Shown in pieces: positions 28,000 through 37,007 of a stretch of DNA of 37,007 bases. Position 1 is the stretch's first letter. The number at the start of each line of letters is the position of its first letter. The DNA lies in the NCBI GenBank assembly GCA_021783915.1, contig JAJXTI010000003.1:9712-46718 (forward strand). The letters are read 5' to 3'. The DNA comes from a bacterium (GTDB lineage Bacteria; Omnitrophota; Gorgyraeia; Zapsychrales; Fredricksoniimonadaceae). Below the pieces are notes generated by a model. The model saw nothing but the letters and a program-made list of their open reading frames with translations, was not told the origin of the DNA and searched no databases. Made by a program: the position numbers and the translations under genes.

Positions 28000-28629
28000 A
28001 TGCAAACGACAAAACTCAATCGAATCACTACTGTTTTTTTATTGACAGCCGGGATGGTTGTATTGATTCATGCCACTGCCAGGGCCAATGAAACACAGGA
28101 CTTGAAGAATCAGGTTCAGGCCCTACAGCAGAAGGTGGATCAATTGGAAAAACAACTGGCCAACCGGTCTTCGTCACAAGTTAATGCACAGCTTCCCAAT
28201 GCAGGATCTTTTTATGATCAGTGGGATCCCTTTGCCCAGATGCAAATGATGGAACACCAAATGGGGCATATGATGAAGGAGAACGCGGTGGATTTTAACC
28301 CGCGTGAGGACATCAAACAGATGCCCCATGCTTATATTGTCAGCATGGACATCCCCGGGATGCAAAAAGACAAAATTAACCTGGAAGTCAAAAATGGGGT
28401 ACTTGTTGTCTCTGGCCAGCGTGAGAGCGAAGTCAAAGAGCAAAGGCCAAATCAATACTATCGTCAGGAACGTTATTTTGGTAATTTTTTAAGGACCGTA
28501 CCGCTTCCTGATGATGCTAAGACGGATAATATCAATGCCCAGTATAAGGACGGTGTTTTAACTATTACGGTTCCGCGAACTAAAGTAGGAAACAAAGGTT
28601 CAGAAGGGCAAAAAATAACAATTCGTTAA
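28000..28629 (+). CDS. Hsp20/alpha-crystallin-domain protein with predicted Sec signal peptide and coiled coil
   Basis: Basic n-region, hydrophobic h-region and A-R-A cleavage motif; heptads 'LKNQVQALQQKVDQLEKQL'; alpha-crystallin domain 'MDIPG', 'ERYFGNF.R', 'AQYKDGVLTI', 'ITI'; SD AGGAGGT. Confidence 0.88.
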   Translation: MQTTKLNRITTVFLLTAGMVVLIHATARANETQDLKNQVQALQQKVDQLEKQLANRSSSQVNAQLPNAGSFYDQWDPFAQMQMMEHQMGHMMKENAVDFNPREDIKQMPHAYIVSMDIPGMQKDKINLEVKNGVLVVSGQRESEVKEQRPNQYYRQERYFGNFLRTVPLPDDAKTDNINAQYKDGVLTITVPRTKVGNKGSEGQKITIR

Positions 28630-28675
28630 AAGTAGAAATATTTTTATTTTGACGAAAGGTATTGTTCCAAGCTAG

Positions 28676-29035
28676 ATTGGTGACTGTGTATCGGTATTCA
28701 CTGCCGGTATACCGATACTTTTATGTTCCTGTGGGGCCATTTCTATGGCTATATCTTTGATCCAAAATGGATCCAGTCAGGGATCCACTTTAGCTTTGCT
28801 TGATCCTATTATGGCGGGCTCCCATCCATTAGCGGCCTTTATGATGGTTATTCTTGTTGGTATCTTTATTGATCATGTTTATGAAGACCTGGAATTGATG
28901 TACCCTTTGGTCAGATGAGCCGTTGTCATCAATAAGAGTCACATCACAAACCGTAAGCCTGATGATTTGCCGTTGTTTTTCTGGAACATTGAATATTTGA
29001 CTTCTGAAACAAAAGAAGGATTGACAAAAAAATAG
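28676..29035 (+). pseudogene. Deletion-collapsed relic of an ArsP/SO_0444-type permease fused to fragments of a PfpI/DJ-1 gene
   Basis: One frame reads AGIPILLCSCGAISMAISLIQNGSSQGSTLALLDPIMAGSHPLAAFMMVILVGI-FIDHVYEDLELMYPLVR*AVVINKSHITNRKPDDLPLF. Confidence 0.7.
28688..28724 (+). terminator. Terminator-like hairpin downstream of the hsp20-clpB-hsp20 operon
   Basis: GTATCGGTAT (28688-28697) pairs with ATACCGATAC (28709-28718), followed by TTTTAT. Confidence 0.5.
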
Positions 29036-29048
29036 GACATGTTATACT
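29021..29048 (+). promoter_or_regulatory. Sigma70-type promoter of the hrcA operon
   Basis: TTGACA (29021-29026), 16-bp spacer, TATACT (29043-29048) with an upstream TG. Confidence 0.78.
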
Positions 29049-29075
29049 TTAGCAGTCGTATATTTAGAGTGCTAA
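29049..29075. promoter_or_regulatory. CIRCE element 3 (HrcA operator)
   Basis: TTAGCAGTC-N9-GAGTGCTAA directly after the -10 box, upstream of hrcA. Confidence 0.92.
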
Positions 29076-29123
29076 TCCCGGGGGCAGTACTTTTATGGAG
29101 GGTTTCACAGGGAGAAAAACAAT

Positions 29124-29849
29124 ATGGTTAAACAAACTGATTTACAACAACGTAAAGATTTAATTTTAGCCATAGTGGTCAATCAATACATCAAGACCAT
29201 TACTCCGATAGGTTCGCATTTTATCACTGAGGAATTTAGGCTGGATGTGTCACCGGCCACTGTGCGCAATATTTTAGCGGAACTAGAAGAGGAAGGTTAT
29301 TTGAGTCATCCGCATACCTCTGCTGGGCGCGTCCCTACCCAGCGTGGGTATCGCTATTATGTCGATCATCTGATGAATGAAATCCAGCTTTTAGAAGAAG
29401 AGAAGCGCCGCATTCAATTGGAATATAAAAGGCACGTGGATCAGTTAGAGATTTTGATGGAGAAAACCACTGAGGTGATCTCTGATTTGACTCATTATAC
29501 GAGTATTATTTCAGTGGATGGCTGGGACAGTAAAATTATTCTCAAAGGGACCAGCCATGTGGTCGGCTATCCTGAAAATACGAATATATTAAAAATACAG
29601 GCAATCTTAAGAATTCTCGAGGAGAAGGAGCGTTTGTTGGCCTTAATCAACCGTGACTTGAATCATAAAATCGAAATTTATATCGGTCATGAAATGGCAT
29701 TGAAAGAAATAGAAGGTTGCTCCTTGGCCGTGTCTAGTTTTGAAAAGGGTAGCTTAACCGGACGCATTGCGGTTTTGGGGCCAACACGCATGAATTACAA
29801 CCGTGTGGTCTCTGCCCTTGAGTATATCTCGGATTTATTTAGCCATTGA
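29124..29849 (+). CDS. hrcA: Heat-inducible transcription repressor HrcA (short form)
   Basis: 'SPATVRN....LEEEGYL.HPHTSAGRVPT..GYRYYVD', C-terminal 'VLGPTRMNY'. Confidence 0.95.
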   Translation: MVKQTDLQQRKDLILAIVVNQYIKTITPIGSHFITEEFRLDVSPATVRNILAELEEEGYLSHPHTSAGRVPTQRGYRYYVDHLMNEIQLLEEEKRRIQLEYKRHVDQLEILMEKTTEVISDLTHYTSIISVDGWDSKIILKGTSHVVGYPENTNILKIQAILRILEEKERLLALINRDLNHKIEIYIGHEMALKEIEGCSLAVSSFEKGSLTGRIAVLGPTRMNYNRVVSALEYISDLFSH

Positions 29850-29872
29850 TGGAAAGGTTATAGATCAAGGTT

Positions 29873-30433
29873 ATGGACGAAAACGTTCAACAGCCTACAG
29901 AAGAAGTTTTGTCGCCTCAAGAAAACCAGCCTCAATTTTCACCGAGAATCGAGCAGGAGGTGCCACAGAAAGTTGATGTTTTTGACGGATTAAAAGGGCA
30001 GTTGGCGGCTGAAAAAGAAAAATATGTACGGCTTTTGGCCGAGTTTGACAATATGCGAAAGCGTCACCAGCGCGAGCGCGAAGATTTAATCAAGTATGCG
30101 CATGAAGAAGTCATCATTGAGTGCCTGAAACTTTATGATAACTTGGAACGTTCTTTGAATGCATTTAAAACCAAAGAAGGGGTAGATACAAATTTGGTCA
30201 AAGGCCTTGAGATGGTTTTTAACAACATGAAAGAGCTCATGAACAGGTACGACGTCAAATCCATTGAATCTGTCGGTAAACCGTTTGATCCCAATGCCCA
30301 AGAGGTCTTGATGCAGCAGGAAACAAAGGATTTTCTTGATGGGGTTGTGATGGAAGAATTTGAAAAAGGTTATACCTTAGGAGGACGGGTAGTACGTACG
30401 GCTAAGGTAAAGGTGGCAAAGAATAATACGTAA
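29873..30433 (+). CDS. grpE: Nucleotide exchange factor GrpE
   Basis: '[12 protein letters not shown]', 'DNLER', 'FDPN', 'KGY.L..RVVR.AKVKV'. Confidence 0.96.
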   Translation: MDENVQQPTEEVLSPQENQPQFSPRIEQEVPQKVDVFDGLKGQLAAEKEKYVRLLAEFDNMRKRHQREREDLIKYAHEEVIIECLKLYDNLERSLNAFKTKEGVDTNLVKGLEMVFNNMKELMNRYDVKSIESVGKPFDPNAQEVLMQQETKDFLDGVVMEEFEKGYTLGGRVVRTAKVKVAKNNT

Positions 30434-30467
30434 GGGCGTTGGTCCGCCCTTAAAGGAGGATACTATT

Positions 30468-32405
30468 ATGGCACGTGTTATAGGTATTGATTTAGGAACA
30501 TCGAATTCTGCGGCAGCAGCCATGGAAGGCGGCAGACCGGTGATTATCCCTTCAGCCGAAGGGGCTGGGGTTGCTTCAGGAAAAGCGTTCCCTTCATTTG
30601 TGGCTTTTACCAAGGATGGGCAATTACTCGTTGGAGAACCAGCTCGACGACAGGCGCCCATCAATTCCGAGGGCACCATCTATGCCTCCAAACGTAAAAT
30701 GGGCCTGGATTTTAAATTTAAAGTTTTTAGCAAAGAATACACGCCGCAACAAGTAGGTTCTTTTATTTTACAGAAAATCAAAAGCGACGCTGAGAAATTT
30801 TTAGGCGAGACAATAGAAGGTGCGGTCATTACCGTGCCGGCGTATTTTAATGACAATCAGCGCCAGGCAACCAAGGATGCGGGAGAAATCGCGGGTTTAA
30901 AAGTTTTGCGCATCATCAACGAACCTACGGCAGCGTGTTTGGCGTATGGTCTGGATAAAGCCGGTAAGGAACAAAAGATTATGGTGTTTGATCTCGGCGG
31001 AGGAACGCTGGACGTGACTATTTTGGAAATGGGCTGGGATGAAGCCCATAAGGCCGCTACATTTGAAGTGTTGGCTACATCAGGAGACAATCAATTAGGC
31101 GGTACCGATATGGACAATGCCTTGATTGATTATATCGTTGCTGAATTCAAAAAAGAAAGCGGCATTGATTTACGCAATGATAAAATGTCGTTCCAGCGTC
31201 TGCGTGAAGCAGCGGAGAAGGCCAAGGTGGAGCTGTCCAGCACTGTCTCCACAGAAGTTAATCTTCCTTATATCACCGCCGATGCCACGGGGCCTAAGCA
31301 TTTGAACATCAAAATTGACCGTGCTAAGCTCGAAAATTTAATTGCACCGTTGGTAGACCGTTGCCGTGGCCCGGTGCGTCAGGCTATTAAAGATGCGTCC
31401 TCTAAGCTGGGGGAGGAAGTCAAGATTGACCGTGTTGTTTTAGTCGGAGGCCCTACCCGTATGCCTGTTGTTCAGGCTTTTTTAGAAAAGGAAGTTGGTC
31501 AGAAAATCGAAGGCGGTATTGACCCCATGGAATGTGTGGCTTTAGGTGCCGCGATTCAGGCGGCCATTATTACTGGGGACGCCAAAGAAGTCCGTTTACT
31601 CGACGTTACACCTTTGTCGCTTGGCATCGAGACCATGGGAGGTGTGTTTACTAAATTGATTGATCGTAACACTACCATTCCGACAAAGAAAAGTCAGGTT
31701 TTTTCAACGGCGGAAGATAACCAACCCGCTGTGACGATCCGTGTTTTACAAGGCGAGCGCCAGATGGCTAATGATAATACGGAACTAGGCCGTTTTGACT
31801 TAGTAGGTATCCCACCGGCACCCCGTGGAGTTCCACAGGTGGAGGTGACTTTTGATATCGACACTAACGGTATCGTACATGTGGGGGCCAAAGATAAAGC
31901 GACCGGCAAAGAACAAAAAATTCAAATAACGGCCAAGACCAAATTATCTGATGACGAAATTCAGAAAATGGTCAAGGAAGCAGAGAAGTTTGCCGAAGAA
32001 GATAAAAAACGCCGTGACGAAGCTGAGCTTTTTAATCAAGGCAATGCCTTAGTGTATTCGACGGAAAAAGCGCTAAAAGATTATGGCGATAAAGCCCCCG
32101 CGTCTGATAAAGAAAACGTGGAGAAAGAATTGACGGCACTCAAGGATGCCATCAAGGATAAGAATCACGACAAAATTAAATCTTCGATGGAGTCATTGCA
32201 GAAAGTAAGCCATAAATTGGCCGAAGAAATGTATAAGGCCACATCTGCCCAAGGTCAAGCTGGTGCCGGCACTACAGGCGATGCAGGTGGACCGCAACAA
32301 CCTAATGATGCCGATGGCCAACAGCAACCATCGTCAGGGGATACGGGTACTAAGGGCAAGGATGATGTGATTGATGCGGATTTTAAGGCGACAGATAAAA
32401 AATGA
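30468..32405 (+). CDS. dnaK: Molecular chaperone DnaK
   Basis: '[10 protein letters not shown]', 'TVPAYFND', 'NEPTAA', 'DLGGGT', '[11 protein letters not shown]', 'STAEDNQP'. Confidence 0.98.
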   Translation: MARVIGIDLGTSNSAAAAMEGGRPVIIPSAEGAGVASGKAFPSFVAFTKDGQLLVGEPARRQAPINSEGTIYASKRKMGLDFKFKVFSKEYTPQQVGSFILQKIKSDAEKFLGETIEGAVITVPAYFNDNQRQATKDAGEIAGLKVLRIINEPTAACLAYGLDKAGKEQKIMVFDLGGGTLDVTILEMGWDEAHKAATFEVLATSGDNQLGGTDMDNALIDYIVAEFKKESGIDLRNDKMSFQRLREAAEKAKVELSSTVSTEVNLPYITADATGPKHLNIKIDRAKLENLIAPLVDRCRGPVRQAIKDASSKLGEEVKIDRVVLVGGPTRMPVVQAFLEKEVGQKIEGGIDPMECVALGAAIQAAIITGDAKEVRLLDVTPLSLGIETMGGVFTKLIDRNTTIPTKKSQVFSTAEDNQPAVTIRVLQGERQMANDNTELGRFDLVGIPPAPRGVPQVEVTFDIDTNGIVHVGAKDKATGKEQKIQITAKTKLSDDEIQKMVKEAEKFAEEDKKRRDEAELFNQGNALVYSTEKALKDYGDKAPASDKENVEKELTALKDAIKDKNHDKIKSSMESLQKVSHKLAEEMYKATSAQGQAGAGTTGDAGGPQQPNDADGQQQPSSGDTGTKGKDDVIDADFKATDKK

Positions 32406-33535
32406 AGAAAGATTATTACGAAATTCTTGGTGTCACAAAAACGGCAAGCCTTGCGGATATAAAGAAGGCTTACCGTTCTTTGGCGCTTAAACATCATCCT
32501 GACCGCGTGGCCGTAGGTGAAAAAAAAGGAGCTGAGGAAAAGTTTAAAGAAATTTCCGAAGCCTATGGGGTTTTGTCTGACCCACAAAAACGACAAACGT
32601 ATGATCAATTTGGTCATCAGGGCATTGACCAGAATTATACGTCTGAAGATATTTTCCGCGGAGCTGATTTTTCCAGTATTTTCGAAGGGGCTGGGTTAGG
32701 AGACATTTTAGGCCGCATGTTCGGGGCAGAATTTGATGTTTTTGGCGGCGGTGGTGGCGGCCGTTCCAGCAGGCATTCACGAGGCAGAGACATTCAATAT
32801 GAAATTGAACTGCCCCTGGAAGAAGCTTTTTCAGGCGTTAAAAAAGACATTCGTGTGCCTCGTCACGAGTTTTGTAAACAGTGCAACGGCACAGGAGCTA
32901 AAAACGGGACGGCCTTAAAGACATGTCCCCAATGCCGTGGCCAGGGGCAAGTGGTGATGTCTTCCGGCTTCTTTCGCATGGCTCAAACCTGTGGGCATTG
33001 TCGCGGGACAGGAAAGGTCATTACGGAACAATGCCCTGAATGTTCCGGCCAGGGACTAAAGCGTGTGGTAAGGAACATTGAGGTCAATATTCCAGCCGGT
33101 GTAGATAATGATTCTCAGCTACGCGTGCGCGGTGAAGGTGAAATAGGCCAAGGCGGCAGCGGTGATCTTTATCTTTTTATCAGAGTCCGTGAACATGATG
33201 TTTACAAACGAGATGGCCAGGATTTGTACATGGATGTTCCTATGAGTTTTACCAAGACTGCTTTGGGAGGAGATATCCAAGTCAAGACCCTTAAGGAAAC
33301 GGTGGAGATGAAGATCCCTGCCGGTACCCAAGGTGGAAAAATGTTTAGGCTCAAGGGGCAAGGGATGCCTGGAGTACATGGCCAGACACCAGGAGACCTT
33401 TATGCACGAGCTATGATTGAAGTCCCCACCAGTTTGAATAGCCGCCAGCGAGAACTTCTGGAAGAATTTGCTAAAGAATCAGGGGAAACCACCAAGGGGT
33501 CATTTAAGGACCGGATTAAAAAAGCATTTAAGTAG
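32402..33535 (+). CDS. dnaJ: Molecular chaperone DnaJ
   Basis: J domain with HPD, G/F-rich region and four CxxCxGxG repeats. Confidence 0.98.
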   Translation: MKKDYYEILGVTKTASLADIKKAYRSLALKHHPDRVAVGEKKGAEEKFKEISEAYGVLSDPQKRQTYDQFGHQGIDQNYTSEDIFRGADFSSIFEGAGLGDILGRMFGAEFDVFGGGGGGRSSRHSRGRDIQYEIELPLEEAFSGVKKDIRVPRHEFCKQCNGTGAKNGTALKTCPQCRGQGQVVMSSGFFRMAQTCGHCRGTGKVITEQCPECSGQGLKRVVRNIEVNIPAGVDNDSQLRVRGEGEIGQGGSGDLYLFIRVREHDVYKRDGQDLYMDVPMSFTKTALGGDIQVKTLKETVEMKIPAGTQGGKMFRLKGQGMPGVHGQTPGDLYARAMIEVPTSLNSRQRELLEEFAKESGETTKGSFKDRIKKAFK

Positions 33536-33560
33536 GGGACCTGTACGGGAGGATTATTAT

Positions 33561-33830
33561 ATGCCAACTTACCAATATGAATGTGAAGCTTGTGGCCATG
33601 AGTTCGAGGCCTTGCAGTCCATGATCGAAGCTAAATTTAGAAAATGTCCTAAATGCAGTAAAAATAAATTAGCGCGTCTTATCGGAAGCGGTTCAGGCAT
33701 GATATTTAAAGGCCCAGGCTTTTATGCCACTGACTATAAGAAAAAAACGTCTTCTGATTCTAAAATCGAAGCCAAGCCTGTTCCAACCCCTGGCCCTTGC
33801 GGCAGCAGTTGTTCCTGCCATCCTCATTAA
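33561..33830 (+). CDS. FmdB-family zinc-ribbon protein
   Basis: SD GGGAGG then ATG 33561; 'MPTYQYECEACGHEFE', 'CPKC', 'FKG.GFYATDY'. Confidence 0.92.
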   Translation: MPTYQYECEACGHEFEALQSMIEAKFRKCPKCSKNKLARLIGSGSGMIFKGPGFYATDYKKKTSSDSKIEAKPVPTPGPCGSSCSCHPH

Positions 33831-33993
33831 GTAATCAAATTTTAAGTTAAGACACAATAATTACAAATTACTGTAAATCAATAGGTTAAGGCAGTCATAA
33901 AATTTGCTTTTTTTAAAAAATATGTTACTCTTGCTTTAATTTGTAAAACCACCCTAAAATTGATCTTATTAGTTTTCTGGAGTTTGATTTACT

Positions 33994-36522
33994 ATGACAT
34001 TGCGGCAAATTTTTGTTATTGCGGCATTGGTTTCTTTTTCCCTGGGTAACCTGGACCCCGTACCTATGTCTTATGCTCAGGAAGCTGCTGATTTGCCTAT
34101 ACCCGGGGCCATGATTAACTTAAGCCCTGCTTTTGAACCCGTACTTATCAAAGGTTTGAAGATCCATCCTGAAAACCCTTTTGCTTTTGATTTTATTATT
34201 GATACAGGTAATACTAATTTAACTGCAAGCAATAGCAAAAAACATTTCCTTCAGGAAGAATCTATCAAGTTAATCAAATATTTCCTGGCTGCGATGACCA
34301 TACCTGAAAAAGATTTATGGGTAAATTTATCTCCTTATGAAAAAAAACATATGATAGCTTCTAATTTAGCGGAAACCAGGATGGGACGGGACATGCTGGC
34401 CCAGGACTATATTCTTAAACAATTGACGGCTTCATTGATTTACCCCGAAAAAAAACTTGGGAAAATCTTTTGGAATAAGATTTATACCAAAGCTCAGCAG
34501 TTATACGGAACGACCCAGATACCAGTCAATACATTTAACAAAGTATGGATAGTAGCGGATAGAGCAGACGTGTTTGAACAGGGTAATGTTGCTTATGTGG
34601 TAGGTGCGCATTTGAAGGTAATGTTGGAAGCAGATTACTTAGCGATGCATAAGGCAAATGTTTCCCAAGGCATCTTACGAAATCAAACGCAAAAGCAATC
34701 GGATGGAACAGAATTACCACGGGAGACTGATGTGCAGCAGATAGGTTCTCAAATGGTACGGGATCTCATCCTTCCTGAACTTGAGAAAGAAGTTAATACC
34801 GATAAAAATTTTGCCACCTTACGCCAGATGTTTTATTCCATGATCCTTGCCAGTTGGTACAAAATGGTGCTCAAAGATTCAATATTGACTCAGATTTATG
34901 CGAATCAATCAAAAGTTAAGATAGGTATTGGCCAGGACGATCCTCAAGCTAATGAAGAAATATTCGACCGATACCTAAAAGCATACAGAAAAGGGGTGTT
35001 TAATTACATCAAAGAAGATATTAATAAAGCGACAGGGCAGAATACTCCTAGAAAGTATTTTTCAGGTGGATTAGAAATTTTTCCTGGAGGAGATGCGGCA
35101 CAGGTCATCTATCGACACCAACCTTGGCGGACAGGGACGATAGTAGGAAGGGCTTTTGATGTAACGGTATTAGTGAAGGCTAAAACAGAAGCGGGTATGC
35201 AGGAAGACCACGCCATGATGAATGAGGGTGATTCAAGAGGGGATGGCGCAGGGGCTTTGTTAAGAGGTGAACGCAAAGAGGTCTACCTGGCCATTAATGA
35301 ATTGACCCAAGGAAATGCTCTTGTTGAAGTGACACGACCAGAGGTCAACGATATAGCCAGGAAATTAAAATTACCACCCAGTCGAATTATAGAGATTATG
35401 GAAAACACTTTAGGGTTATGGGGTACGGAGGCAGAGACCTGGGTGGGTTTTGATTCCAAGTTGACAGGCGGTATTCAATTCATACAAGATCTGCGCTGGG
35501 CAGAATTTCCAGGGCAGAAAGGTACACACATTGTTCCAGACCAAATTAAAGTAAGAACAGGAAATTTAGAATTTCAATTGGCATTACGCTGGCAAGGTGG
35601 ACAATTTAATCCTAGCGGTAAAGAAAACGAAGATTTGAGGTATTCCCTTACAAATCAAGATGAAGGTGTTATCTTGGGGCTGACGCGTGTAGAAAAGAAG
35701 GCCCAACAACGATGGGCATTTGATCTTACCCCTGAACAGCGTGGAGAAATGATAGATTATTTGAGAAGAAACCAACAATATGGGCGACAAGACAAGTCGA
35801 TGAACGCTCAATCATTAAGGCAGGAGGCTGCCCAAATTATCCAAATGGCTAAAACTAATTTTTTAAGCAAACCGGACGTTTTAGTCATAGGATCTGATAT
35901 TTTTTCATCAACGGCGCATATGATCGAAACGATTTATCAAAGAAAAGTTGTGCGGGTTCCTACTAATCAGGCCGCGTTAGCATTATTAAATGGTAGAGGA
36001 AAGGCCGCGGGGAAAATTGGTTTGGTTTTATCTGTCAATGCCTTTGACGAACAGGCTTTCGTTCAAAACATATATCAAAACCGTCTTTTAATACCTATTA
36101 TTATCGCACCTTCTTGGGAGGGGGATCAAGGGCCTGTTGGTGAGCTCCCTCCCAACGTATTGTTTACTCCATCAAGAGTGCTATGGAATAAAGTTGTTTC
36201 TAATATTTTAGATGGCACGATTATAGATAACAGACCTGAATTCAGATCTGCAGTAGCTGCTGTTACAACACAATTAAAACAGTTACCTTCTGTGGAGGGT
36301 TCTTCGATGGCAATGCCGGGAGGTATCGATCTTGACCGTAATAAAATGCAATTGAACACGCGCAAAGAAGAAGGTATTACAATGCACTTCGATGCCGCCA
36401 TGGTTGGGCGTATCAGGCGTGAGGGTTTTGATGGCTTGGAATTTCAAATACAATCTATTGTGCCTGTTACAGATTTGTCGCTGTTGCTCGGCACAACCCC
36501 TAAACAACACTTCAGGCATTGA
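33994..36522 (+). CDS. Large secreted modular protein of unknown function (conserved-looking N domain, internal segments, GGIDL C-terminal motif)
   Basis: 842-aa ORF with an N-terminal signal-like segment; 'HPENPFAFDFIIDTG', 'DLWVNLSPYE', 'GRDMLAQDYILKQLTASLIYPE', 'PRKYFSGG'; C-terminal 'AMPGGIDL'. Confidence 0.8.
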   Translation: MTLRQIFVIAALVSFSLGNLDPVPMSYAQEAADLPIPGAMINLSPAFEPVLIKGLKIHPENPFAFDFIIDTGNTNLTASNSKKHFLQEESIKLIKYFLAAMTIPEKDLWVNLSPYEKKHMIASNLAETRMGRDMLAQDYILKQLTASLIYPEKKLGKIFWNKIYTKAQQLYGTTQIPVNTFNKVWIVADRADVFEQGNVAYVVGAHLKVMLEADYLAMHKANVSQGILRNQTQKQSDGTELPRETDVQQIGSQMVRDLILPELEKEVNTDKNFATLRQMFYSMILASWYKMVLKDSILTQIYANQSKVKIGIGQDDPQANEEIFDRYLKAYRKGVFNYIKEDINKATGQNTPRKYFSGGLEIFPGGDAAQVIYRHQPWRTGTIVGRAFDVTVLVKAKTEAGMQEDHAMMNEGDSRGDGAGALLRGERKEVYLAINELTQGNALVEVTRPEVNDIARKLKLPPSRIIEIMENTLGLWGTEAETWVGFDSKLTGGIQFIQDLRWAEFPGQKGTHIVPDQIKVRTGNLEFQLALRWQGGQFNPSGKENEDLRYSLTNQDEGVILGLTRVEKKAQQRWAFDLTPEQRGEMIDYLRRNQQYGRQDKSMNAQSLRQEAAQIIQMAKTNFLSKPDVLVIGSDIFSSTAHMIETIYQRKVVRVPTNQAALALLNGRGKAAGKIGLVLSVNAFDEQAFVQNIYQNRLLIPIIIAPSWEGDQGPVGELPPNVLFTPSRVLWNKVVSNILDGTIIDNRPEFRSAVAAVTTQLKQLPSVEGSSMAMPGGIDLDRNKMQLNTRKEEGITMHFDAAMVGRIRREGFDGLEFQIQSIVPVTDLSLLLGTTPKQHFRH

Positions 36523-36610
36523 TTAAAATTTTGGTTTCCCTTTTGGGGTGATTCTGGTATTATGGCTGATATTTTTAAAATGTTAAAATTAGGTCAAAGA
36601 AAGATGGATC

Positions 36611-37007
36611 GTGGCTACGATTAAACCATTTAATGCTGTTTTTTATAATAAAGACAAGATAGATAACCTTTCATTGGTTATTTGCCCTCCTTATGACATT
36701 ATTTCCAAGGAGCAGCAGGAAGCCTATTATAAACAGCATCCGTTTAACTTTATCCGTTTGGAATTAGCCAAAGAAACTCCTAAAGATACTGCTAAAGACA
36801 ATAAATATACCCGTGCGAAAAAGACATATGAAGATTGGTTGGCCAAGGGCATCTTGAAGCAGGATGAAGCTTACTGTATCTATTTTTATAAACAGGATTA
36901 TACTTATTTTGGCCAGAAATATACCCGTACAGGTTTTTTAGCCCTCTTGAATCTCAATGAAGACGCTGGTGTTAAGATTTTGCCTCATGAGAACACTCAT
37001 TCGGCCG
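36611..37007 (+). CDS. DUF1015-family protein, 3'-truncated by the window edge
   Basis: Translated by hand from GTG 36611: MATIKPFNAVFYN...VICPPYDIIS...HPFNFIRLEL...RTGFLA...ILPHENT. Open to the window end and absent from the ORF track because it has no stop. Confidence 0.88.
   Translation, partial: MATIKPFNAVFYNKDKIDNLSLVICPPYDIISKEQQEAYYKQHPFNFIRLELAKETPKDTAKDNKYTRAKKTYEDWLAKGILKQDEAYCIYFYKQDYTYFGQKYTRTGFLALLNLNEDAGVKILPHENTHSA

Noticed and set aside
28916-28918. In-frame TGA in the relic as selenocysteine or recoded stop
   Set aside because: It sits at a deletion junction with most of PfpI missing, and TGA is a normal stop in many genes here.
33468-33560. N-terminal extension of the FmdB ORF
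   Set aside because: Overlaps dnaJ; the family starts at MPTY (33561) with a good SD.
1-37007. Short antisense or alternate-frame ORFs in the track; also tRNA, rRNA, CRISPR, IS or prophage elements
   Set aside because: The short ORFs lie within well-supported genes and show no motifs. By eye I found no repeat-spacer array, cloverleaf, transposase or integrase.

Overview
A moderately AT-rich bacterial chromosomal segment, almost all on the + strand. It is probably from Omnitrophota (OP3); this is inferred mainly from my recollection of the protein family at 33994-36522 and is not verified. In order: the end of a glycan-utilisation cluster (ABC permease, clan GH-A hydrolase, repeat protein, CBM-like protein, coiled-coil protein, LacI); mnmG-cysK; a GT-C-like membrane protein; thiSGHF (- strand); a stand-alone speD-like gene; leuS; EndoQ plus a short UvrD; a CDF transporter; comEA-comEC; a kinase/receiver pair; two CIRCE-controlled heat-shock operons (hsp20-clpB-exported hsp20 and hrcA-grpE-dnaK-dnaJ-fmdB); a large secreted modular protein; and the start of a DUF1015 gene. 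I found no rRNA, tRNA, CRISPR array or transposase. The best leads are: (1) the modular protein with conserved ends and DxAM-like motifs bounding its internal segments, plus a probable relic of a paralog tail at 11.65 kb; (2) an 8-codon Pro-stop uORF (MQLTIQGP*) in a switch-like speD leader; (3) a small heat-shock protein with a signal peptide; (4) a ~120-aa helical module present three times across two adjacent glycan genes; (5) EndoQ and UvrD both ending in beta-clamp motifs; (6) an in-frame deletion-stitched permease/PfpI relic.
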